A stretch of 31,096 bases of DNA from a candidate division WOR-3 bacterium (GCA_965649115.1 CBFGJN010000017.1:1-31096), one strand, 5' to 3'. Counted from the stretch's first letter, positions 9,050 through 18,704 are shown. Notes: a model not told the origin generated them from the sequence alone. A program made the numbers and translations.

Positions 9050-10147
9050 ATTTAGAATAATTTCTATAAATTTTTTTCTTATAATATCAGGGTGAAAATT
9101 TTCAATAGCAAATTTCCTTGCATTTTCAGAAATTTTTTCTCTTAAACTTTTATCTAAAAGGAGAAGTTTAATATAATAATATAGCATTTCTTTATCACCA
9201 GGATTTATTAAAATTCCATTTTCTAAGTGATTAATTATATCCTTATTTGCTCCAACAGGTGTTGTTATAACTGCTAAACCACTAACCATAGCTTCCAAAA
9301 CTGCCATAGAAAAACCTTCTGAATAACTTGGAAGAACAAAAATATCACAAGTTTCATAAATTTTCAATTTATCATAACCGAATGCTCTTTGAATGTACTT
9401 TACTCTTGGATGATTTATTTGAAAAAATGGTTCTATATTTAATTTTTCGCCTGTTATTTGGTTATAGAATATATTCGTTTCTTTTTCCATTCTTTCACCA
9501 AGAAATATAAATTCAACTTCCTTAAATTCATTTAAAATTTTTACAGCAACATTCAATAAATCATTATAACCTTTTGCATATGTTAATAAACCCACAAATA
9601 AAATTTTATTACCTTCCCTCCTTGGATTTATATTTAGAAACATTTCTTCAAAAGCATTAGGCAAAACCTCTAATTTATTATCATAATTTTTAAACTGCTC
9701 CTTTAAACTTTCACTTTGAACAATAATTTTACAACTTCTATTTAAGCAAAATTTTATTAATCTCTTAAAAATTTTAGAATTTAATTTTTCATAGAAAATT
9801 TTAAAATGACCTCCACGCATATGAACTATAATTTTTTTATTTAAAAGAATAGCGGGAAATAAAATTAAAAAATCCCTAATCCATCCAAACTTTGTAGCAG
9901 TTATACAATGATAAACAAAATGAGGATTGAAAAAAATTAGCTGAAAAATATATTTAAGATAAATTAATAAAAATTTAATAAATGCTGAAATTGAAAATCT
10001 CCCTCTTTTTAACTTATTTTTTCTAACACTAACATTAATTATTTTTACTTTTAGATTATCAAATGGTTTAGAAAATAAAATTTTGCTTGAAATTTCTGGT
10101 CCAGAATAAGGTGGAGGAAGTGGAACAAGAGCTAATAACTTCTTCAA
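9038..10147 (-). CDS. GT4 family glycosyltransferase
   Basis: ILFVGLL...KG and DIFVLPSYSEGFSMAVLEAM. The last 3 codons and the stop come from the MITE TIR. Confidence 0.92.
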   Translation of the reverse strand: MKKLLALVPLPPPYSGPEISSKILFSKPFDNLKVKIINVSVRKNKLKRGRFSISAFIKFLLIYLKYIFQLIFFNPHFVYHCITATKFGWIRDFLILFPAILLNKKIIVHMRGGHFKIFYEKLNSKIFKRLIKFCLNRSCKIIVQSESLKEQFKNYDNKLEVLPNAFEEMFLNINPRREGNKILFVGLLTYAKGYNDLLNVAVKILNEFKEVEFIFLGERMEKETNIFYNQITGEKLNIEPFFQINHPRVKYIQRAFGYDKLKIYETCDIFVLPSYSEGFSMAVLEAMVSGLAVITTPVGANKDIINHLENGILINPGDKEMLYYYIKLLLLDKSLREKISENARKFAIENFHPDIIRKKFIEIILNCCV

Positions 10148-11022
10148 ATTAAATTTATAACTTTTGATATATAAGATTGAGGTTCAATTTCAAGAACACT
10201 AAATGCTAATAAAACTTTTTTAATATCCACATTAACAATTGCTCCTAGTCTTTTTAACATATATACTAAATCTTCTGTTGCTATATTACCTCTTGCTCCT
10301 GGCGCAAATGGACAACCACCAAGCCCACCAGCGGAACTATCAAATTTGTAAATTGAAAAGTTTTTATAAGCAACATAAACATTAGCCATTGCCATTGAAT
10401 AGGTGGTATGAAAATGAAGAACAATTTTATCCTTAGAAATATCTTTTAAAATTATTTCAAGTAATTCTGAAACTTCATTAGGACTAGCTTTACCTATGGT
10501 ATCACCGATAGAAATTTCATCTACTCCAAATTCTAGTAATTTTATAGCTATTTCCTTTACTTTGTAGGGATTTATTTTGCCTTCATATGGACACCAAAAT
10601 GCAGTTGAAATATAAGCTCTTGTTAATTTTTTACTTTCTTTTGAAATTTTTATTATATTCTTAAATTTATTCAATGAATCTTCAATTGTTGAATTTATGT
10701 TTTTTAAGTTAAATGTTTCACTTGCTGAAGTAAATACAGAGATTTTATCAACATTAACACTCAATGCTCTTTCAAGACCTTTTTCATTAGGAACTAATGC
10801 TGAATATATTACATTATCCTTTCTTTTTATATTTTTAAAGACTTCCTCTGCATCTGAAAGTTGAGGAATAGCCTTTGGCGATACAAACGAAGAAACTTCA
10901 ATTTCATCTACACCAGTTTCAGACAATTTATTTATAAATTCAATTTTCTTTTCAGTTTTTATTATTTGATTTATATTTTGTAATCCATCTCTTGGACCAA
11001 CTTCTGTTATATATATTTTCAA
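10144..11022 (-). CDS. Hydroxymethylglutaryl-CoA lyase
   Basis: EVGPRDGLQN, HFH and GLGGCPFAPGARGNIATED. Start set to TTG 11022 because the longer ORF runs through the tRNA. Confidence 0.92.
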   Translation of the reverse strand: MKIYITEVGPRDGLQNINQIIKTEKKIEFINKLSETGVDEIEVSSFVSPKAIPQLSDAEEVFKNIKRKDNVIYSALVPNEKGLERALSVNVDKISVFTSASETFNLKNINSTIEDSLNKFKNIIKISKESKKLTRAYISTAFWCPYEGKINPYKVKEIAIKLLEFGVDEISIGDTIGKASPNEVSELLEIILKDISKDKIVLHFHTTYSMAMANVYVAYKNFSIYKFDSSAGGLGGCPFAPGARGNIATEDLVYMLKRLGAIVNVDIKKVLLAFSVLEIEPQSYISKVINLI

Positions 11023-11025
11023 TAG

Positions 11026-11097
11026 AGGCGACTCCCGGAATCGAACCGGGGTAAAGCGGTTTTGCAAACCGCCGCCTAGCCACTCGGCCAAGTCGCC
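11026..11097 (-). tRNA. tRNA-Cys(GCA), CCA not encoded
   Basis: GGCGACT/AGTCGCC acceptor stem, GCGGT-TTGCAAA-ACCGC anticodon arm, CCCGG-TTCGATT-CCGGG T arm, U discriminator. Confidence 0.96.
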
Positions 11098-11125
11098 AAG
11101 TTATAAATTTTAAAGGATAAAGTAA

Positions 11126-11345
11126 GGAAATATAGAAAAATAGATATTTTTAATTACTAGACAAAACATCACTTTTTTGCTTTGTCCAGTAAATAATGTT
11201 AAGTAATTTGATTTATCGGGGGTTTTAAAGGGGGGCAAAGCCCCCCGAAGCCGAAATATGGGTATTTTAAAGCCAAAGGCTTAAATATAGGGTGGGTGGG
11301 GAAAATATAGAAATAATCATATTTTTAGAATTACTAGACAAAACA
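11126..11345 (+). mobile_element. MITE array C: right-end remnant (11126-11168) plus internally deleted copy (11178-11345)
   Basis: Both copies end ACTAGACAAAACA, followed by TCACTTTTT (11169-11177) and TCATTTTTT (11346-11354). Confidence 0.85.
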
Positions 11346-11372
11346 TCATTTTTTTGCTTTAAACTTTTAAGT

Positions 11373-12158
11373 ATGAAAGATAAAGAATATTTAATAAAAG
11401 AATTTGAAGATTTGTTAAATTTATTAAGAGAAAGACCTGATTACCTTGAAAAATTAAGGATTTTAATTTTAACAAATGAATTATTAGAATTACCAATAAA
11501 ATTTGAAGAGTTTAGAAATGAAGTAAATAAAAGATTTGATGTATTAGAAAAGGGGCAAGAAGAAATAAAATTAAGACAGCAGAGAATAGAAGAAAGACAG
11601 CAGAGAATGGAAGAAATACAACAGAGAATAGAAGAAAGACAGGAGAGAATGGAAGAAAGACAACAGAGAATGGAAGAAAGACAGCAGAGAATGGAAGAAA
11701 GACAACAGAGAATGGAAGAAAGACAAGACAACATGGAGATTAGATTAAACAATGTTTCTGGGTGGCAATTAGAGCATAAAGTAAGGATAAATATATGTGC
11801 TTATGTTGGGAAGTACATAAAGAAGTGTAAGATAAAAGATAAAGGGAAAATGGCTGATGAATTAGATGAATATGTTGAAAGTAATATAATAAGTGAGAGT
11901 GAGAGGGATGATGTTTTACTACTAGATATATTAGTTAGTGGAATATCAAAGAGGACGAAAGAGGAGGTTTATATAGCTATTGAAGTTTCGTATAAAATCG
12001 GAGAGTATGATATTGAGAGAGTTATCAAGAGGAAGGAAATTTTGGAGAGGGTATATAAAAAGGAGGTTATTCCACTTTTAATTGGAAAGGAAATTTCAGA
12101 TGAAATGAGGAACAAACTGAAAAATTTAAATATTGATTTTATTTTAGTTAATGATTAG
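11373..12158 (+). CDS. Heptad-repeat coiled-coil protein with C-terminal PD-(D/E)xK-like domain (DUF3782/DUF1626-like)
   Basis: Start ATG 11373 (the track start lies inside the MITE). RQQRMEE repeats and LDILVSG...YIAIEVSYKIGEYDIERV. Confidence 0.75.
   Translation: MKDKEYLIKEFEDLLNLLRERPDYLEKLRILILTNELLELPIKFEEFRNEVNKRFDVLEKGQEEIKLRQQRIEERQQRMEEIQQRIEERQERMEERQQRMEERQQRMEERQQRMEERQDNMEIRLNNVSGWQLEHKVRINICAYVGKYIKKCKIKDKGKMADELDEYVESNIISESERDDVLLLDILVSGISKRTKEEVYIAIEVSYKIGEYDIERVIKRKEILERVYKKEVIPLLIGKEISDEMRNKLKNLNIDFILVND
11574..11741 (+). repeat. 21-bp coding tandem repeat, 7 copies plus 1 degenerate
   Basis: AGACARCAGAGAATRGAAGAA units read directly from the sequence. Confidence 0.95.
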
Positions 12159-12187
12159 ATAAAGCTTAAAACTTTAAAATTTTAACT

Positions 12188-13144
12188 TTGAAAATATCAT
12201 TTATTATTCCTGTAAGAAACGAAGAAGAAAATATTGAAAATTGTATAAATAGCATAAAAAAATCAATTTCAGAAAATTATGAAATTATTGTTGTTAATGA
12301 TAATTCAGAAGATAGAACTTATGAGATTATTTCAAAAATGAATGATATAAAAGTAATAAATGTAGAGAATAAACCAAGTTTTGCTGTTGGTAAGAATTAT
12401 GCATTATATTTAGGTTATCTAAATAGTAATGGACAAATTTTAATTTTCTTAGATGCTGATGTTAGGATTACACAAGATATAATAATAGAAACACTAAAAC
12501 TGTTAAATAGTTATGATGTAGTATCATTTAGTCCAAAACAAATAACAAAAACAATATGGGAATTTTCTATCCAACCAATAATTTTCAAATTTCTTGAATA
12601 TCTTTATCCATATCCAAAATCTATCGCTCTAAACGGACAGTTTATTGCTATTAGAAGAGAAGTTTATGAAGATATAGGAACACATAAAGTTTTATTAAGT
12701 GAAATTCTTGAGGATGTCAAATTAGCAAAATTATTACATCAAAAGGGTTATAAAATTTATTTTAACAAAAGTGATAAAATTTATTGTAGAATGTACAAAA
12801 CATTAAAAGATATTATAAATGGATGGTCTAAAAACTTGTTTTTATTAGCTGATATGAATGTTTTAAACTTACTCAGACCAATTTTAAGAATATTCTTAAT
12901 TTTGATTGTTTGGCTCTTTCTTATCTCCTTATCAATTTTAAAATCAAAATATATAATTGCTTTTGTACTTTTCATTTTTTCAAATGCTGAATTTTATTTT
13001 TATTTTAGAGAACACAAAGGTTATAATTTATTTTCTGCAATAATTGGATTATTTTTATTTTTTGTTATAGCATTAAGGTCAATCTATTGGTTCAAATTTA
13101 AGAAGTCTATAATTTGGAGGGGGCGAGAATACCCCCTAAATTGA
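12188..13144 (+). CDS. GT2 family glycosyltransferase with C-terminal membrane segments
   Basis: IIPVRNEE, VVNDNSED, FLDAD, ILED, CRMY and GWSKN. Confidence 0.9.
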   Translation: MKISFIIPVRNEEENIENCINSIKKSISENYEIIVVNDNSEDRTYEIISKMNDIKVINVENKPSFAVGKNYALYLGYLNSNGQILIFLDADVRITQDIIIETLKLLNSYDVVSFSPKQITKTIWEFSIQPIIFKFLEYLYPYPKSIALNGQFIAIRREVYEDIGTHKVLLSEILEDVKLAKLLHQKGYKIYFNKSDKIYCRMYKTLKDIINGWSKNLFLLADMNVLNLLRPILRIFLILIVWLFLISLSILKSKYIIAFVLFIFSNAEFYFYFREHKGYNLFSAIIGLFLFFVIALRSIYWFKFKKSIIWRGREYPLN

Positions 13145-14920
13145 AATTTTAATTGAATAATTTCTATATGGAATTTGTGTTCTAAATGGATTTGTTGGTT
13201 CAATAAAACTTTCATTAAATAAATTTTCAATTGAAAATTGAATTTTAATTAATTTTAAGGAATAATTTAGGGAAATTGAAAAAATTGAGAAAATTTTTTG
13301 ATTAAAAATTAATCTATGATTTAAATTTAAATTTTTAAAATTTAAAGTTGTTTTTATTTGAGGTTTTGTATAAAATGGTATATCAATGGAAGGTCTTGAA
13401 TACATTAATGAACTACTTAAAACAAAATCTTTTGAAATAATAAGTGAAAATTCTGAATTTAAATTAACAAAATAAGCATCATTATTTTCCCAAGTGTAAG
13501 CAGGTAAATTTTCAATTAATGTGTCAAGTTGTTTAAGAAGAATAAAATTTTTAACATAATCAAAAGATGGATTTATTGAAATTGTTATGAAGTTAAATGG
13601 AAGTTTATATTCAATTGAAAAATTAAATGAGTATTCATCGTTGAGATTTTCATTTGCAATTTCATATCTATTAGCACTTTCATGAATACCTGTAAATGTT
13701 AATTGTTGAAGTGAAGGATAACGAATTGATTGCGAAAATAAAAAGCTAAAATTCTTTAAATCTTTTGAAAGTAAAAATGTCCAACCAATTTTTAACTTTT
13801 TATTAAAATCTGAATAATTTGGAATTATTGAAAATGAATAATTTAAAAAGTTTTTAATTTTATTTGAATAAATAAAAGATAATAAGAACCTTGAATAATT
13901 TATCTCTTCTTCACCAAATGAACTAAAATTGTTATAAGTCAAATTCAAATAAAAATTATCTGAATTATAAATTGATTGAAATGTTTTCAAATTTAATTCT
14001 GTTTCCAAATTATTATTAGCATATTCTCTTTGAATTGAATTTTGAAAATCTAAAATTAAATTTTTATATGAAATTCTTGGATTTATAAATAAATTCTTTG
14101 CTCTACTATCAACCATAGGTATTCCATAATTAATGTAGCTTAAATAATTGCCAAATGAAAAATTTCTTAATTTCACTGAAAAAATTGTCCAAATTGAGCT
14201 ATCAGAAGTGTTTTCAACTATTGGATTTTTAAAATCCTTACTTATAGAACCTTTAAAGCCAAATTTATATGAAAATTTATCATAATTTTTATTATTTTTA
14301 AAAACTAATGACAATCTATCATTTTCAGAGGAATATTCAAATTTACTATTAAGTGAGTTATTTTGTTGAATTTCAAATAGTTTTAAGTCTATACCTCCTG
14401 ATATTGAATTTAATCCAAAAATAGCATTATTTTTTGAGGAAGCTATAAACATCTTATCAACCAAGTCATAATCTATTACGATTGGATGGTCTAAATAATC
14501 ACTCTGGTCATTCAAAAATGCTCCATCAACTAATACATTATATTTATCCCTACTAAATCCACTAACAATAGGTTTATTTAAAATACTTCCTGAAATTGAA
14601 TTCTCAATATCATTTTTAATATCCTTTACTTCTTTAACTTTAATAGCTTTTGAAATAACATTTATCGTTTTTAAACTAATTCCTTCATTTTCCAAATAAA
14701 TTTTATCTGAAATTTTACCTTTTAAAATAACCATTTTATACCCTATTCTATAAACAATTAAACTATCATTTTCCTTAATTTTTACATTTGCACAACCATT
14801 ATTATCAGTAAATGTAAATGTTAAAGATGTCCAAACTTGTGCATCTGAAATTGGCTCATTTGTTTTTTTATCATATACACATATTTTAAAACTCTCTAAA
14901 CTTATAATTAAACCTATCAT
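13136..14920 (-). CDS. TonB-dependent receptor-like outer-membrane protein
   Basis: N-terminal carboxypeptidase-regulatory-like domain, plug-like AIFGLNSISGGI, C-terminal IENLFNE...RNYSIKISI; strong SD AGGAGG. Confidence 0.78.
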   Translation of the reverse strand: MIGLIISLESFKICVYDKKTNEPISDAQVWTSLTFTFTDNNGCANVKIKENDSLIVYRIGYKMVILKGKISDKIYLENEGISLKTINVISKAIKVKEVKDIKNDIENSISGSILNKPIVSGFSRDKYNVLVDGAFLNDQSDYLDHPIVIDYDLVDKMFIASSKNNAIFGLNSISGGIDLKLFEIQQNNSLNSKFEYSSENDRLSLVFKNNKNYDKFSYKFGFKGSISKDFKNPIVENTSDSSIWTIFSVKLRNFSFGNYLSYINYGIPMVDSRAKNLFINPRISYKNLILDFQNSIQREYANNNLETELNLKTFQSIYNSDNFYLNLTYNNFSSFGEEEINYSRFLLSFIYSNKIKNFLNYSFSIIPNYSDFNKKLKIGWTFLLSKDLKNFSFLFSQSIRYPSLQQLTFTGIHESANRYEIANENLNDEYSFNFSIEYKLPFNFITISINPSFDYVKNFILLKQLDTLIENLPAYTWENNDAYFVNLNSEFSLIISKDFVLSSSLMYSRPSIDIPFYTKPQIKTTLNFKNLNLNHRLIFNQKIFSIFSISLNYSLKLIKIQFSIENLFNESFIEPTNPFRTQIPYRNYSIKISI

Positions 14921-14984
14921 TTTTAGCCTCCTTTTTTAAGGGTTTTAATTAACTTTTAAATTTTTTTAATTTAAAAAATTATAT

Positions 14985-15260
14985 TTATATTAAAGTAATT
15001 ATTGGAGGAGAGCGGGCATTTGGATAGATTGGAATAATTTGAGATTTATAGTTTTGTTTGAAATTAAAGGATAATTGAAATAAAATTTTTGGTTTTTCAA
15101 ATTCAATTTTAAATTCTTTTATTTCAATATTGCTGTTGTTTTGATAATTTAAAATTAAACAATTTTCAAATTTTGATTTGTGTATGTGATTGTGAAAGCT
15201 TGAAATTATTAAAGCATTTAGATTTAAAATAATTAGAAAAATTAATAAAATTCTTTTCAA
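14985..15260 (-). CDS. Signal-peptide, His-rich small protein ending in RSPP (DUF2946/CruR-like leader)
   Basis: Hydrophobic N-terminus, HNHIH..C and C-terminal NARSPP, directly upstream of the TonB receptor. Confidence 0.7.
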   Translation of the reverse strand: MKRILLIFLIILNLNALIISSFHNHIHKSKFENCLILNYQNNSNIEIKEFKIEFEKPKILFQLSFNFKQNYKSQIIPIYPNARSPPIITLI

Positions 15261-15284
15261 GATTTAAAATTTTAAAGCATCGTT

Positions 15285-15890
15285 ATGGTTTTCTTTTATG
15301 AATTTTCTTCTTTAAGTCATTATAATAGCCCTATTTCAAGTCTCTATGCACCTCAATTTTTAAATGAAAATTTCAAAATTGAAAGTTTTATTAGAAGAGA
15401 TTTTAATTTAATAAATAGGTATGGATTTGGAATAAGCTATAAGTATATCGGTTTCTTTTGGTATAGTCTAAATGTTGAAGAAGAATTTATAAACACAATT
15501 TCATTTGGTATGAACATTTTTAATATAGGCTCAAATGTTATTTATCAATATCCAAATAAAGCAAATTTTGGAATTGGTTTCAATAGAGTATTTTTAAATT
15601 TCAATATATGCGCTTATACATTAATAGGAAAATTTTCTTATGTTTGTTCTTTTTTTGAATATAAAAATGTCTTTTTAGGATTTGATATTTATCTTGAAAA
15701 AAATTTTCCAATTGATTATAGGTTTTTTATTTCTTATAAAATAAGCGAAAATTCCTCAATTCAAATAAGTTCCTCAACAAACATAAATAGTTTCTCTATT
15801 GGATATAAATATAAGTTCTTTATATTAAATTATTTTTATCATAGTTATCTTGGAGATAGCTTTGGATTTAGGTTAATCTATGAAAAATAG
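15285..15890 (+). CDS. Hypothetical protein, possibly outer-membrane beta-barrel
   Basis: Alternating aromatic/Gly beta-strand pattern; ends HSYLGDSFGFRLIY. Confidence 0.55.
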   Translation: MVFFYEFSSLSHYNSPISSLYAPQFLNENFKIESFIRRDFNLINRYGFGISYKYIGFFWYSLNVEEEFINTISFGMNIFNIGSNVIYQYPNKANFGIGFNRVFLNFNICAYTLIGKFSYVCSFFEYKNVFLGFDIYLEKNFPIDYRFFISYKISENSSIQISSSTNINSFSIGYKYKFFILNYFYHSYLGDSFGFRLIYEK

Positions 15891-16647
15891 AATTGGAATA
15901 ATTGGATATGGCAATGTAGGAGGCTCAATAGCACTTTATTTTGAAAAAAAAAGAAGAAAAGTTTTTGTTTTAACCTCAAAACTTTTGAAAAATAAAAAAT
16001 TTATAAATTTCTTTAACTATAATCAAATTCAGGAATTCATAGATTCAGTTGATATTATTTTAATATGTGTAAGAGATGATAAAATTGAAAGCATAATAGA
16101 AATTCTTAAAAAATTTTCAATTAAAAATAAAATTATTTATCATACAAGCGGTTCATTAACAAGTGATATTCTAAAAACACTAAAAAATAATTATGTCGGA
16201 AGTTTTCATCCTATTCAGACATTTCCAAAACCAAACCCAAAACTACTAGAAAATATCTACTTTTCTTTTGAAGGTGAGAAATATAAAATCGCTAAAAGTT
16301 TAGCTAATTTTTTTAAGAGCAAAATTATAAAAATTAAAAAAGAAAATAAACTATTATATCATGTTGCTTGTATATTTGCAAGCAATTTTCCAAATTTTCT
16401 TTTAACTATTGCTGATGAATTAATTAAAATATCTACTAATAAAAATTACAAAATTCTAATTCCTCTTATACAAACAAGCTTAAAAAATGCTATTGTTTAT
16501 GGTCCAAAAAATGCCTTAACAGGTCCCGCTAAAAGAAAAGATATAAAATTAATAAAAAATCATTTAAAATTCTTAAAAACATTCAACCCTGATATTTACA
16601 AACTATATAAAATTATTTCAGAAATGATTTTAAAAGATAAATTCTAA
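15880..16647 (+). CDS. Rossmann-like plus DUF2520 oxidoreductase
   Basis: GIIGYGNVG, HTSGS, SFHPIQTF, LYHVAC.FASN and ALTGPAKR. Confidence 0.9.
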   Translation: MKNRIGIIGYGNVGGSIALYFEKKRRKVFVLTSKLLKNKKFINFFNYNQIQEFIDSVDIILICVRDDKIESIIEILKKFSIKNKIIYHTSGSLTSDILKTLKNNYVGSFHPIQTFPKPNPKLLENIYFSFEGEKYKIAKSLANFFKSKIIKIKKENKLLYHVACIFASNFPNFLLTIADELIKISTNKNYKILIPLIQTSLKNAIVYGPKNALTGPAKRKDIKLIKNHLKFLKTFNPDIYKLYKIISEMILKDKF

Positions 16648-17167
16648 ATTAAGTTACTGAAATTCTTGATTTTTCGCGGAGAATTATTGGAGGCGAAGCC
16701 CCCGAGGCATAAAAATGGGGTATTTATAAGGCTCCGCCTTATTTTCAGGGTGGGTGGGCAAGACATAAAAAAATAAATAGTTTCAGAATTACTGGACACA
16801 GCAACCCACCACTGCTTTGTCTAGTAAATAGTGTTAAGTAATTGATTATCAACGATTTATAAAAATTTTAAGAAAATTATTAATTTTACGGGGGTTTTAA
16901 GGAGGACAGAGCTTTAAAAGCGAAGCCTTGAATACAGGGTTAGTGGGCAAAATATAGAAAAATAAATGATTTTAGAATTACTAGACACAGCAACGCACTA
17001 CTGCTTTGTCCAATAATTATTGTTAAGCGATTGATAATCAATAATTTATAAAATTTTTAAGGAAATTGTTGATTTATTGGGGGGATTATTAGGGGGGCTC
17101 TGCCTTAAAGCCGAAGGCTTTTGAAAAATAAATAATTCCAGAATTATTGGACAAGGCAACGCACTAC
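16648..17167 (+). mobile_element. MITE array D: three tandem copies (~16648-16803, 16813-16992, 17002-17158), each followed by a 9-bp duplication
   Basis: Spacers ACCCACCAC (16804-16812), ACGCACTAC (16993-17001) and ACGCACTAC (17159-17167). Confidence 0.92.
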
Positions 17168-17193
17168 TAAATTTCAGCTTTAAAATTTTAATT

Positions 17194-17661
17194 ATGAAAC
17201 TTGATATTGAACTTTTAGTTGAATTGATAAAAAAAGGAAAAAACCAATATATTATAAATAAAGAAACGGGACAAGTTTTTGAAATAAGTAATAAAATTTT
17301 AGATGCAGTTGAAGATGACTATTATGAACATTTAACTAATGAAGAAATGGAATCTGCTAATGTTTTAAAAGAAATGTGGGAAGGTTCAAGTAAGTACGAG
17401 TTTATTCCAAAAATTTCAGAAGGTGATTTAATAAATATCGTAATGGAAATTGTTGAAAGCCTAGATAAAGAAGACAATTTAAGGGAAATTTTGATGGAGA
17501 TTGTATCATCAGGTGGCATTTATAAAAAAATAAATTATCTAATAGTCAATTACAAAGGATTTTATGAAATTTACGATAAGTTTCTTACTGATTATTTAAG
17601 AAGAAAACTTAAAAGTTGGGCTTTATCAGTGGGTTTTGAAATTATTGAACCAGAGGAATAA
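17194..17661 (+). CDS. UPF0158-like protein
   Basis: YIINKETGQV...YEFIPKI...KSWA pattern, acidic. Confidence 0.6.
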   Translation: MKLDIELLVELIKKGKNQYIINKETGQVFEISNKILDAVEDDYYEHLTNEEMESANVLKEMWEGSSKYEFIPKISEGDLINIVMEIVESLDKEDNLREILMEIVSSGGIYKKINYLIVNYKGFYEIYDKFLTDYLRRKLKSWALSVGFEIIEPEE

Positions 17662-18318
17662 TCCTTTTAGTGAAATATAAGGGTCATAAATATAATCATT
17701 AAAATGCTTTAAAAAAAACTTAGCATTTCCACCAGTTATAAATTTATGTTTTACATTAAATTCACTTTCTATTTTTGAAACTAAAAATTTATAACTATTT
17801 ACTAAACCAAGAATAATAGCCTCTTGTGTTGAATTTCCAATTAGTTTATTAACCTTAAATTCTTCAATATATTCTAAATTTGGAAGCTTAGATGTGCTTT
17901 GAGATAAACATTTTAAGTACGTTTTATAGCCAATTAAAATTAATCCTCCTAAAAATTTTGAATCTACAACATCTATAACAGTCGCAGTTCCAAAATCCAA
18001 AATAATTGAGATTTCTTTTATTTTTAAAGCAATATAATGAGCTTTTGCTATTCTATCACTTCCAAGTGTTTCAGTATAATTTAATTCTATAAGACTATTT
18101 TGATAATTTAGTTCATATAATTCCTTATCCTTTAAAACTTTTCCTAAATTTATACCTTCAACGACACTACAATAAGCAATTTCATTTATTCCCTCAAAAA
18201 AATTTTTCATTTTTTCAATACTATCAAAATCAAATTTTTCAAAAGATAATATACTTTCATTTTCAATTATGGCACATTTTATTAAGCTATTACCAATATC
18301 AACAACCCCGATTTTCAT
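17626..18318 (-). CDS. coaX: Type III pantothenate kinase
   Basis: VDIGNS, LGSDR, LDFGTATVID, GGLI and TGG. Confidence 0.92.
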   Translation of the reverse strand: MKIGVVDIGNSLIKCAIIENESILSFEKFDFDSIEKMKNFFEGINEIAYCSVVEGINLGKVLKDKELYELNYQNSLIELNYTETLGSDRIAKAHYIALKIKEISIILDFGTATVIDVVDSKFLGGLILIGYKTYLKCLSQSTSKLPNLEYIEEFKVNKLIGNSTQEAIILGLVNSYKFLVSKIESEFNVKHKFITGGNAKFFLKHFNDYIYDPYISLKGLFLWFNNFKTH

Positions 18319-18704
18319 TCTAAAAACTTCAATTTTACCAATAATTTACCTTGACCCACAACCTCATTTTCTTTAACATAAACTTTTTCAACAATAGCGT
18401 TTTTAGGACTTGTTATTATCATCTCCATTTTCATAGATTCAATAGTTAAAATAACATCACCCTTATTTATATTTTCTCCTTCTCTAACTTTAATGCTATT
18501 TATTTTTCCTGTAATTGGAGAAAAAATTTCATCTTTATGCTCTTCTTCTTTTTCTAAAACATTTTCTAACTTTTCAATAATGTAAATCCTTGAATTATAG
18601 AATAAAATTAATTTATTCAAGACCTTTTTGTATATTAAATTTAACTTTAAATTAGGATTAGGTTTTACTTCATAAACATTACCATAATTATCTTTTAGTT
18701 TAAT
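18315..18704 (-). CDS. Biotin carboxyl carrier (biotinyl domain) protein, probable ATT start
   Basis: SPITGKI...IESMKME. The frame is open 28 codons upstream of the track's TTG (18620) to an ATT at 18704, 7 nt after AGGAGG. Confidence 0.85.
   Translation of the reverse strand: MKLKDNYGNVYEVKPNPNLKLNLIYKKVLNKLILFYNSRIYIIEKLENVLEKEEEHKDEIFSPITGKINSIKVREGENINKGDVILTIESMKMEMIITSPKNAIVEKVYVKENEVVGQGKLLVKLKFLE

Noticed and set aside
11023..11091. N-terminal extension of HMG-CoA lyase
   Set aside because: It is the tRNA-Cys sequence read as codons.
11292..11372. N-terminal extension from GTG 11292
   Set aside because: Inside the MITE; the promoter motif points to ATG 11373.
11441..11752. Cys-rich minus-strand ORF (LSSILCC repeats)
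   Set aside because: Antisense shadow of the 21-bp coding repeat.
16780..17167. CRISPR array or integron attC cassettes
   Set aside because: The units between repeats are homologous to each other, the repeats are TIR-9 bp-TIR junctions, and no cas or integrase gene is present.
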